A stretch of DNA of 38,331 nucleotides. It comes from Clostridia bacterium. GTDB lineage: Bacteria > Bacillota > Clostridia > Oscillospirales > CAG-272. The DNA is taken from the NCBI GenBank assembly GCA_017935195.1, contig JAGBIB010000140.1, positions 1-38,331 on the forward strand, given 5' to 3'. A model generated the notes under the pieces. It saw nothing but the letters and a program-made list of their open reading frames with translations, did not search any database and had not been told where the DNA came from. Position numbers and translations under genes: made by a program. Of this stretch, positions 1 to 7,779 are shown in pieces (the first letter of the stretch is position 1; each line of letters opens with the position of its first letter).

Positions 1-1058
1 ACAAGCTGTGCCATCTGGCTCATCTTTTTGGGCAGGGCAAAAATGAAGGTGCTCCCCTTTCCAACGGTGCTTTCCACCTTCACCGTTGCTCCAAGAAGCA
101 ATCCGATCTGCTTGACCAAGGCAAGCCCCAAGCCGTTGCCCTCGGTGGTGTGGGAACGGTCGGTCTGGTAAAAGCGGTCGAAGATGCGCACCATCTCCTC
201 TTCCGTAAGTCCCGGTCCCTCGTCGCCGATCTGCGCAACGATCCACTCCCCCTCTTCCTTTAAGGAGATGGAAAGTCTTCCTCCCTTGGGAGAAAACTTG
301 ATGGCGTTAGAGATCAGGTTGACCCAGACGTGGGACAGAACGCTCTCGTCGGTCTCATATAGAAGCTCGTCCATGTCTATGTCCAAAAAAAGCTCCTTTT
401 CCATCCATTGCTTTTCAAAAAGAAGGAGGGTGTGGCGGATCTGCTCGTCGATATAGAACTCGCTTTGCTCGGTGACATACTGCTGATTTTCAAGCTTGGT
501 CAAAAGCAGAATGTTGGTGGAAAGCCCCGACAGACGGTCGGACTCCTTCACAATAAAATCGATATATTCCCTTTTCTGCTCCTCACTTAAAGTATCGTCC
601 AACTGAAGCTGCTTGGCAAAGCCGCGAATAGACACAATGGGCGTTTTGAATTCGTGGGAAAAGTTGTTGATGAAGTCCTTGCGAAACAGCTCGGTCCCCT
701 CAAGCTCTCCCGCCATCCGATTGAAGTTTTTGTAAAGATCGGTATAATCCCCTTCGCCTGCGGGAACCTCCACGCGGGCGGAAAAGTCACCGTTTTCCAC
801 CTTTTGCATGGCATCGTTCAAGTTCTTCATAGGCTTTAAAATGTGCTTGACCAGAACGGGTAGAACAAGCATAGACAAGATCATGCTGGCAATTGCGCAG
901 AAGAAAGGGATAATAAGGGGCGATCTTGAAATAAGCAGGATCAGGGGAAAGCGCAAATGAAAGCTTACGATCACTAAAAGCGCCACGATGGTGCCCATGG
1001 CAAGCTGGGTTGCCAATATGAGCATGGCGGTCTTGAAAAAGAGTGACTTGTATTTCAT
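1..1058 (-). CDS. Sensor histidine kinase, intramembrane-sensing type (3' end runs off the window edge)
   Basis: My own reverse-strand translation from the ATG at 1058-1056 gives MKYKSLFFKTAMLILATQ... It has two N-terminal hydrophobic segments with under about 15 aa between them and a HAMP-like linker. Motifs: H-box FSHEFKTPI, N-box NLISNAIKFS, G1 DEGPGL, G2 GNGLGLAL. The frame stays open to base 1, and it is absent from the ORF track because there is no stop in the window. Its start forms an ATGA overlap with the regulator stop. Confidence 0.9.
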   Translation of the reverse strand, partial: MKYKSLFFKTAMLILATQLAMGTIVALLVIVSFHLRFPLILLISRSPLIIPFFCAIASMILSMLVLPVLVKHILKPMKNLNDAMQKVENGDFSARVEVPAGEGDYTDLYKNFNRMAGELEGTELFRKDFINNFSHEFKTPIVSIRGFAKQLQLDDTLSEEQKREYIDFIVKESDRLSGLSTNILLLTKLENQQYVTEQSEFYIDEQIRHTLLLFEKQWMEKELFLDIDMDELLYETDESVLSHVWVNLISNAIKFSPKGGRLSISLKEEGEWIVAQIGDEGPGLTEEEMVRIFDRFYQTDRSHTTEGNGLGLALVKQIGLLLGATVKVESTVGKGSTFIFALPKKMSQMAQL

Positions 1059-1729
1059 TTCAGATATACCGCCTTGTAGCCAAGACCTCTGACGGTGACG
1101 ATCTCAAAATCCTCATTGCCCTTGAAACGATCCCGCAGGCGGTTGACGTGCACGTCAACCGTGCGCTCGTCGGTATCGCAGTCCATTGCCCAGATCTCGT
1201 CCATTAACTGGCGGCGGGTAAAGATCTGCCCGGGGTAGGACAGAAGCTTAAACAGCAGAAGAAACTCCTTTTGGGGGGGCTCACTGCGTACCCCTTTTTC
1301 GGTAACCGTCATCCCGCTGTAATCAAGAACAGTAGAACCCACGGTGATCTTCCTTTCGGAAGCAATGCGGGAGCGGCGCAAAAGGGCGGTGATCCGCCAA
1401 AGCAGCTCCTCCTCGTCCACGGGCTTTGTCATATAGTCATCGGTACCCGCCAAAAAGCCTTCTTTTTTATCTCTGTGAGTCTGCTTGGCGGTAACCATCA
1501 ATATAGGCAGAGTGCTTCCGCCCTCCCTGATGGTTTTTGAAAATTCGTAACCGTCCATTTCGGGCATCATCACGTCAAGAACCACCAGGTCCACGTGCTG
1601 CTCGTCAAGCAGGGCAAGTCCCTCCACCCCGTTTGCGGCAGTGTGTACGGTATAGCCCGCTCTTCCAAGAACGGCTTGCATCAGTCTTCTTTGAATGGGA
1701 TCGTCCTCTACGACCATAATATTGAACAT
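1055..1729 (-). CDS. OmpR/PhoB-family response regulator (receiver plus winged-helix)
   Basis: This is the track ORF 1055..1753. Receiver motifs are VVEDD, DLVVLDVMMPEMDG and MVTAK; the C-terminal winged helix has TVDVHVNRLR and VRGLGYKA. I prefer the start at 1729 (MFNIMVVEDD) because GAAGGAGA lies about 7 nt upstream. The ATG at 1753 has no SD. Confidence 0.9.
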   Translation of the reverse strand: MFNIMVVEDDPIQRRLMQAVLGRAGYTVHTAANGVEGLALLDEQHVDLVVLDVMMPEMDGYEFSKTIREGGSTLPILMVTAKQTHRDKKEGFLAGTDDYMTKPVDEEELLWRITALLRRSRIASERKITVGSTVLDYSGMTVTEKGVRSEPPQKEFLLLFKLLSYPGQIFTRRQLMDEIWAMDCDTDERTVDVHVNRLRDRFKGNEDFEIVTVRGLGYKAVYLK

Positions 1730-1770
1730 ATGCGTCTCCTTCTCATTCATCAATACTCATCTTCGATGCT

Positions 1771-1799
1771 ATCATACTACCTTTTTATTTTTAATTCAA
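1771..1799 (-). promoter_or_regulatory. Candidate sigma-A promoter of the two-component operon
   Basis: On the reverse strand, TTGAAT (1799-1794), a 17-nt spacer and TATGAT (1776-1771) sit about 35 nt upstream of the preferred regulator start. Confidence 0.5.
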
Positions 1800-1806
1800 T
1801 ATAAAT

Positions 1807-1869
1807 TTCATAAATATTCACACCATTTTTGGAAAAGTTCAACTATAGTTCATTTTAGGATGGTATACT
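1807..1869 (+). promoter_or_regulatory. Candidate response-regulator boxes plus extended -10 of the ABC transporter gene
   Basis: GTTCA-N6-GTTCA at 1837-1852 is an 11-bp-period direct repeat. Two further TTCA motifs at 1807 and 1817 lie in helical phase with it. TGGTATACT (extended -10, 1861-1869) follows 11 nt after the repeat, and there is no good -35 hexamer. Confidence 0.35.
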
Positions 1870-1902
1870 GTATCTGTAAAATGGCAAGAAAGGTCTAAAA
1901 TT

Positions 1903-4900
1903 ATGCTCAAACTCCAACAAATCACAAAAACATACGACGTGGGCGGTGACCTGAAGGTGCAGGCTCTGCGCGGCATCGATCTGGAATTCCGCAAAAACGA
2001 ATTTGTTTCCATCCTCGGCCCCTCGGGGTGCGGAAAAACCACCCTTTTAAACATTATCGGCGGTCTTGACAGAAACACCACGGGTGAACTGTTCATCTCG
2101 GGTAAATCCACCGCACGTTACGGTGACAGAGAGTGGGATAACTACAGAAACCACTCCATCGGCTTCGTCTTCCAAAGCTACAACCTGATCCCCCATATGG
2201 ACGTACTGGCAAACGTAGAGCTTGCCCCCACCATTTCGGGCGTATCCAAGGCAGAGCGTCGCATCCGCTCCGTGGAGGCGTTAAAGAAGGTAGGTCTGGG
2301 TGATCAACTGCACAAAAAGCCCAATCAGCTCTCAGGCGGTCAGATGCAGAGAGTTGCCATCGCAAGAGCGCTGGTCAACGACCCCGAGATCCTTTTGGCA
2401 GACGAGCCCACAGGTGCACTTGACACCGTCACCAGTGTACAGATCATGGAGCTTTTGAAGGAGATCTCCAAGGATCGCCTGATCATCATGGTCACCCATA
2501 ACCCCGATCTGGCTGAAGAGTATTCTTCCCGTATCATCAAATTGAAGGACGGTCTGGTGGTGGACGATTCCGATCCCTATACCGCTCCCGTGCAAGAAGC
2601 AGAAGATGAGGTAAAGACCGAAAAAGCTGCTAAAAAGAAGAAAAAGAAAAAGGAAAAGATGGCGTCCATGTCCTTCTTCACCGCCCTTTCCCTTTCCACC
2701 AAGAACCTGCTGACAAAGAAAGCAAGAACGGCTTTGGTCAGCTTTGCGGGTTCCATCGGCATCATCGGCATCGCCCTCATCCTCTCCCTTTCAAACGGCG
2801 TGCAGATCTTCATCGATCAGGTGCAGGAGGACACCCTGTCCACCTATCCCCTGAGCATCAACAAATATTCCTCCGACACCGCCGCCATCTACGAGGCGAT
2901 GACCCAAACCAAAAACGAACAGCTTGAGTTTGAGGAGGATCGCATCTATCCCGATGATACTCTTGGCAGCATGATGAGCGCCATGACTCAGATCAAAACC
3001 AACAATATCGAAGATTTCATCGACTATTTTGAGGAGCACAAGTCTGAGTTGACGGGAAGTCTGAACGCATATAAGTACATTTACGATCTGACCATCCCCG
3101 TTTACAGCATCATTGATTCCGAAGGCAAGAAGGAGGCAATGCAGACCAATCCCACCTCTATCTTTGACTATATGGGCGACGAGATCAAGAATATGATGTC
3201 CTCTATTACCGCACTTGCGGGAGGCAACACCGGCATGAATTTCTATCAGGAGATGCTGGCGGGTGTTGACGGAGAGCTCATCAATCCCGTGGTCAAGGAG
3301 CAATACGATCTGGTGGGTGAGAATAGCCGTTGGCCGCAAAGTGCCAACGAGGTCGTGCTTGTTGTAGGCGAAAACAATCGCATCAGCACCATGGCACTCT
3401 ACGCCCTTGGCTTTATGGATCCCGCCAACATCAAGGAGGTCTTAGGATCTCTGATGGATCCCAACAAGGAATATGACAACCAGATCGAAGAGGGCTTCTA
3501 TTATGAGCTTGATGACTTCATCGGTCACACCTTCACCTACCTTCTGCCCACCGACTACTACTACACCGACAAAAACAGCGGTCACTACAAGGTTGGAGAC
3601 AAAACCTATCCCATCTGGAAGGATCACAGAGAGGACCAGCTCTTTGACGAGCTGCAGTTTATCGAGGAGCACGGTAAAGACTTGACCGTGGTGGGAATCA
3701 TCCGTCCCAATCCCGATGCCACCTCCACCTCCCTTTCTTCCCCCATCGCCTACACCTCTGCACTGACCAAGGAGATCATTGCCGATGTGGAAAAGACCGA
3801 TCTGGCTATTCAGCAAAAGGAAACGCCCGAATACGACGTATTCAGCGGCACCACCTTTGAGGAAATGCAGTTCACCAAGGAAAACATCGACGTCTTCCTT
3901 GATATGCTGGAGACCGAGCAAAAGCAGAGCCTGATCATGATGATCAATCAAATGATGCAGACCGCCTTCACCGAGGAGCGTCTGCCCGCCACCCTGCAGG
4001 CACTTGATGATCAGTCCTTTGCCGCCATCGTAAAGATGTACGCCCCCAACTATACCAAGACAAACCTGAGCGAATTCGTGGCAAGCCTTGATGAACAGAG
4101 TGCCATGGCACTGATCGGAATGCTTTCTCAGCAGACCGGTCAGCCCATCACCGCAGAAAGCCTGCCCGCCGTTCTTTCCATGATGGACGACGAGTCCTTT
4201 AACGGCATCGTTGCCATGTTTGATAAGTCTGCTCCCAAGTATTCCAAGGAGCAGATCGATGCCTTCCTTGAAGCCATCGGGGAGGAAGGCAGAGGGACAA
4301 TGCTGGAGCAGTTCAAAAAGAACATCGTGGTCACCGAGGAAAATCTGGCACAGACCCTTTCGGGTGTAACCGACGAGGAGTACGAGCAGCTCACCGCCTA
4401 CTATCTGCCCGAGGATCAGCGCACCACCTATGACACAAACCTGTCTAAGATCGGCTATCAGGACAAGAGCCGCATCAACTCCATTCAGCTCTTCGCAGTG
4501 GACTTTAACGGCAAGGATAAGATCAAGACGTTCGTGTCCAAGTATAACGATTACGCCATCGACCAAGCTCTGCTTGAAAATCCCGATCTGAAGGAAGAAG
4601 ACCACGATAACTACACGGTAGAGGTCAGCGACCTTGTGGGATCGCTGATGTCGGGCATCAACACCGTCATCAACGCCATCTCTTACGTGCTTATCGCCTT
4701 CGTTGCCATCTCGCTGGTGGTTTCCTCCATTATGATTGCCATCATCACCTATATCTCGGTGTTGGAGCGCATCAAGGAGATCGGTATCCTGCGGTCTTTG
4801 GGCGCTTCCAAGAGAAACGTCCGTCAGGTCTTTAATGCGGAAACCCTGATCGAAGGCTTCATCTCGGGTGCACTTGGTATCATCGTCACCCTGATCGCCT

Positions 4901-5082
4901 GCCTGATCGCCAACCCCATCATCCACGAGCTGACGAATCTAAACAACATCAACGCCACCCTGCCCATCCTCGCTGTGCCCATCCTTATCGGCATCAGCGT
5001 GTTGCTCAATGTCATCGCAGGTCTGGTTCCCGCATATCTGGCATCCAAGAAGGATCCCGTGATCGCCCTGAGAAGCGAATAA
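1903..5082 (+). CDS. Fused ABC transporter: ATP-binding domain plus MacB/FtsX-type permease with a very large extracytoplasmic domain
   Basis: The ORF is 1059 aa. The N-terminus carries Walker A GPSGCGKTT, signature LSGGQMQR and Walker B LLADEPTGALD. A poly-Lys linker follows, then TM1 (about aa 285-305), a soluble region of about 620 aa, and three C-terminal TMs with the FtsX-like ERIKEIGILRSLGASKRNV. An internal in-frame ATG at 2659 is preceded by an AAAAGGAAAAG SD-like run. Confidence 0.9.
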   Translation: MLKLQQITKTYDVGGDLKVQALRGIDLEFRKNEFVSILGPSGCGKTTLLNIIGGLDRNTTGELFISGKSTARYGDREWDNYRNHSIGFVFQSYNLIPHMDVLANVELAPTISGVSKAERRIRSVEALKKVGLGDQLHKKPNQLSGGQMQRVAIARALVNDPEILLADEPTGALDTVTSVQIMELLKEISKDRLIIMVTHNPDLAEEYSSRIIKLKDGLVVDDSDPYTAPVQEAEDEVKTEKAAKKKKKKKEKMASMSFFTALSLSTKNLLTKKARTALVSFAGSIGIIGIALILSLSNGVQIFIDQVQEDTLSTYPLSINKYSSDTAAIYEAMTQTKNEQLEFEEDRIYPDDTLGSMMSAMTQIKTNNIEDFIDYFEEHKSELTGSLNAYKYIYDLTIPVYSIIDSEGKKEAMQTNPTSIFDYMGDEIKNMMSSITALAGGNTGMNFYQEMLAGVDGELINPVVKEQYDLVGENSRWPQSANEVVLVVGENNRISTMALYALGFMDPANIKEVLGSLMDPNKEYDNQIEEGFYYELDDFIGHTFTYLLPTDYYYTDKNSGHYKVGDKTYPIWKDHREDQLFDELQFIEEHGKDLTVVGIIRPNPDATSTSLSSPIAYTSALTKEIIADVEKTDLAIQQKETPEYDVFSGTTFEEMQFTKENIDVFLDMLETEQKQSLIMMINQMMQTAFTEERLPATLQALDDQSFAAIVKMYAPNYTKTNLSEFVASLDEQSAMALIGMLSQQTGQPITAESLPAVLSMMDDESFNGIVAMFDKSAPKYSKEQIDAFLEAIGEEGRGTMLEQFKKNIVVTEENLAQTLSGVTDEEYEQLTAYYLPEDQRTTYDTNLSKIGYQDKSRINSIQLFAVDFNGKDKIKTFVSKYNDYAIDQALLENPDLKEEDHDNYTVEVSDLVGSLMSGINTVINAISYVLIAFVAISLVVSSIMIAIITYISVLERIKEIGILRSLGASKRNVRQVFNAETLIEGFISGALGIIVTLIACLIANPIIHELTNLNNINATLPILAVPILIGISVLLNVIAGLVPAYLASKKDPVIALRSE
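3871..4410 (+). repeat. Three in-frame tandem repeats of about 60 aa inside the transporter's extracytoplasmic domain
   Basis: The units start at 3871, 4051 and 4240:
- FTKENIDVFLDML...ERLPATLQALDDQSFAAIVKMY
- YTKTNLSEFVASL...ESLPAVLSMMDDESFNGIVAMF
- YSKEQIDAFLEAI...ENLAQTLSGVTDEEYEQLTAYY
The similarity is at protein level; the DNA has diverged. Confidence 0.6.
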
Positions 5083-5104
5083 ACGGTAACCGTTCTTCAA
5101 AAGA

Positions 5105-5144
5105 GGGGCTGTCTCAAATTTGCAATTTGAGACGCCCCCTTTTT
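5105..5144 (+). terminator. Rho-independent terminator after the ABC transporter gene
   Basis: GGGGC(T)GTCTCAAATT, a TGC loop and AATTTGAGACGCCCC form a 15-bp stem with one bulge, followed by a T5 run. Confidence 0.8.
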
Positions 5145-5207
5145 CCTTGTCTTGGTCCTTTGAGTCGATTTCAGTCGGCAAAAAAACAAATGCCTTTCAA
5201 AAAAGAG

Positions 5208-5261
5208 GTTGACATCTCAACGAGTTTGTGCTATAATGCCTCGAGTTGTTGAGATGTCAAC
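5208..5261 (+). promoter_or_regulatory. Consensus sigma-A promoter bracketed by two identical-in-inversion 14-bp palindromic operators
   Basis: The promoter is TTGACA (5209-5214), a 17-nt spacer and TATAAT (5232-5237), preceded by TGC (extended -10). GTTGACATCTCAAC (5208-5221) and GTTGAGATGTCAAC (5248-5261) are exact reverse complements. Each is itself a GTTGA-N4-TCAAC palindrome. Confidence 0.7.
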
Positions 5262-5306
5262 ATCATCGTTTTCAAAGAACGCCAAAACAGAAAGGACCAA
5301 TGATTT

Positions 5307-6545
5307 ATGAAGAAGAGTACTATTAAAAAAGCCGTTGCCATCGTCTGTGCCTGCCTTGCGGCATTGCTTGTTGCCGCAGTGATCGCAGTGGGTGCGCTGT
5401 GGGGAAACGAGATATCCTCGGTTGCCTCCATCAAGATGCTGGCTGAAGCAAATGAGCAAAACAAAAGCGCCCCCGTTTATCTGATGGACGTGAAGGGCGG
5501 CTACTATTTTGACGACTTCTTGAAGCAGGGCGGTGCCTCAAACGACGGTGAACTGATCAACTTCGTGGTTGAAAACATCACCAAGGGCATCATTCCCATC
5601 ACCATCTCCTCTCCAAACATCGGCTGTTCCTCCTTCACCGGTGTATCCGCCAAAGGCGATCGGTATTTCGGAAGAAACTACGATTTTTCCACCTCCACGG
5701 CGATGATCGTGAGAACCAATCCGGGAAGGGGCAGATACGCCTCCATCTCCAGCGTGGATCTGCAGTTTTTGGGCATCAAGGACGATGTCCCTCTTGACGG
5801 GCTTTACGATAAGCTGCTCTGCCTTGCCGCCGCCTACGCGCCCCTTGACGGCATCAACGAGGCAGGGGTGTCCTGCGGCATCTATATGTCCTATCAGGGC
5901 AAGGAGGGCGAGGTCGTCTCCACAAATCAGCAGACCGACAAGCCCGACCTGACCTCCACCACCATGCTTCGGATGATCCTTGACTATGCGGGTTCTGTCG
6001 ACGAGGCAGTAGAGCTGGTGAAGCAGTACGACCTGCACGACAGCGCAAACACCTCCTTTCACTATATGGTTGCGGATGCCACAGGCAGATCCGCCATCCT
6101 TGAATGGGTAAACGCCACCGACTCTGCCGATACCGACGGCAGCAAGCGCACCCTGCGGGTCTACTATAATGACAAAGATGCCTCCCTTGGTCAAAAGGAA
6201 GGGGAAAACGCCTTCCAATATATCACCAATTTCATCGTCACCCCCGACTATTACGAAAACGCCGAGGATATGACCGGTCTTGACCGCTATGACGGCATCG
6301 AGACCGCCATCAACCCCGACGGCTCCAACACCGCGGGCGTGATGGACGAGCAAAAAGCACTCGACGTTCTGAAGCTGGTGGGGCGCAGAAGATGGGACGC
6401 TGAGCACGGCAAGACCGACTCCAACACCATCACCGTTTGGTCTGCCCTTTATAATCTCACCGACAAGACCGTTTTGTGGGTGAGCAACGAGGGATTTGAT
6501 GAGGAGGATGCGGTTTTCACCTTTGATTTCTCCTATCTTGACTGA
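5307..6545 (+). CDS. Ntn-hydrolase of the peptidase C45 / acyl-CoA:6-APA acyltransferase / choloylglycine-hydrolase-like type, N-terminally membrane-anchored
   Basis: The ORF is 412 aa. An N-terminal TM (AVAIVCACLAALLVAAVIAVGAL) is followed by a pro-region of about 100 aa. Then comes IG|CSSF with Cys107 and FGRNYDF, which I recognise as the nucleophile and oxyanion motifs of autoprocessing Cys-Ntn hydrolases. The family was assigned from memory of those motifs only. Confidence 0.7.
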   Translation: MKKSTIKKAVAIVCACLAALLVAAVIAVGALWGNEISSVASIKMLAEANEQNKSAPVYLMDVKGGYYFDDFLKQGGASNDGELINFVVENITKGIIPITISSPNIGCSSFTGVSAKGDRYFGRNYDFSTSTAMIVRTNPGRGRYASISSVDLQFLGIKDDVPLDGLYDKLLCLAAAYAPLDGINEAGVSCGIYMSYQGKEGEVVSTNQQTDKPDLTSTTMLRMILDYAGSVDEAVELVKQYDLHDSANTSFHYMVADATGRSAILEWVNATDSADTDGSKRTLRVYYNDKDASLGQKEGENAFQYITNFIVTPDYYENAEDMTGLDRYDGIETAINPDGSNTAGVMDEQKALDVLKLVGRRRWDAEHGKTDSNTITVWSALYNLTDKTVLWVSNEGFDEEDAVFTFDFSYLD

Positions 6546-6564
6546 GAAAAGGCGGCGCACTTAA

Positions 6565-7779
6565 ATGTTTATTCTTAAAAAGCTGGGATGCCGCCTTTTC
6601 CAAGCGGTATTCCGCGCCGCACTTCCCTTTTTACCCTACAGAGATCCCGTCATCCTTTCGGACTGTGATGCCCTCGGGGCAGTCTTACAAAAAGAAGGAC
6701 TTGACAGGGTGCTGGTGGTGACAGACCGAGGGATCGTAGAGCACGGTCTGACCCGCCCCCTTGAAGAAAGCCTGAAAAAGGCGGGGATCGGATTTTGCAT
6801 CTACGATCAGACGAGAGCAAACCCCACGGTGCAAAACGTGGAGGACGCCCGTGCCCTGTATTTGAAGCAAGGCTGTCGGGGGCTCGTTGCCATCGGCGGC
6901 GGGTCTGCAATGGACTGCGCCAAGGCGGTGGGCGCACGGATCGCCTATCCAAAAAAAAGCCTTGCACAGCTTGGCGGCATTCTGCGGGTGCGAAGACCCC
7001 TGCCGCTGCTCGTTGCCGTGCCCACCACGGCAGGAACGGGAAGTGAAACAACTCTTGCCGCGGTGATCACCGACGAAAAAAGCCATCACAAATACGCGCT
7101 GATGAGTTTTCCCCTCATTCCCCGCTACGCCCTGCTTGACCCCGCTCTTTGCCGCTCCCTGCCCCCGCATCTGACTGCCACAACGGGTATGGACGCCTTA
7201 ACCCACGCGGTGGAGGCGTACATCGGCAGATCCACCACCAAAAAGACCCGTAGGATGGCGCTTGAAGCCACCGCGTTGGTCTTTGAAAACCTGAAAAGGG
7301 CGTATGACGAGGGCGGCGATCTTGAAGCAAGAGAAAAGATGCTGAAAGCCGCCTATCTTGCGGGCGGGGCGTTTTCAAGATCCTACGTGGGCTACGTGCA
7401 CGCCGTCGCCCATTCGCTGGGCGGACAGTACGGCACGCCCCACGGTCTTGCAAACGCGGTGACCCTGCCCTATTTTTTAGAGGCATACGGGCAGACCGTC
7501 CACAAAAAGCTATACCGTCTTGGCATTGCCGCAGGGGTATGCACCGAAAAAGACAGCCCCCAGGAAGGGGCAGAAAAATTCATTTCCGCCGTGAAGGCGT
7601 TAAACGCCTCCATGGGCATTCCCAAAAGGCTTTCGGGAATCCGAAAAGAGGATATTTCCATTATGGCAAAGCACGCCGAGCGGGAGGCAAATCCTCTCTA
7701 TCCCGTACCCGAACTGATGACAAAAAACGAGCTTGCGGTGTTTTATGAACAGATCGCAGATTGGAGTAACGAATTATGA
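6565..7779 (+). CDS. Iron-containing (group III) alcohol dehydrogenase
   Basis: The ORF is 404 aa with GGGSAMDCAKAV, PTTAGTGSE and the His-rich metal site HAVEAY...HAVAHSLG. It starts 19 nt after the hydrolase stop. Confidence 0.9.
   Translation: MFILKKLGCRLFQAVFRAALPFLPYRDPVILSDCDALGAVLQKEGLDRVLVVTDRGIVEHGLTRPLEESLKKAGIGFCIYDQTRANPTVQNVEDARALYLKQGCRGLVAIGGGSAMDCAKAVGARIAYPKKSLAQLGGILRVRRPLPLLVAVPTTAGTGSETTLAAVITDEKSHHKYALMSFPLIPRYALLDPALCRSLPPHLTATTGMDALTHAVEAYIGRSTTKKTRRMALEATALVFENLKRAYDEGGDLEAREKMLKAAYLAGGAFSRSYVGYVHAVAHSLGGQYGTPHGLANAVTLPYFLEAYGQTVHKKLYRLGIAAGVCTEKDSPQEGAEKFISAVKALNASMGIPKRLSGIRKEDISIMAKHAEREANPLYPVPELMTKNELAVFYEQIADWSNEL

Noticed and set aside
2632-2658. A-rich tract (poly-Lys codons) as a phase-variation slippery run
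   Set aside because: The tract is interrupted by G every 3-6 nt, so it is not a homopolymer. It encodes a plausible flexible linker between the ATPase and permease halves.
3442-4926. 494-aa minus-strand ORF
   Set aside because: It is antisense to the ABC transporter gene. The sequence is dominated by G, D, L, V and H with no domain signature, so it is a shadow ORF.
5538-6560. 340-aa minus-strand ORF
   Set aside because: It is antisense to the C45 hydrolase gene, is rich in G, V and D, and has no SD. It is a shadow ORF.
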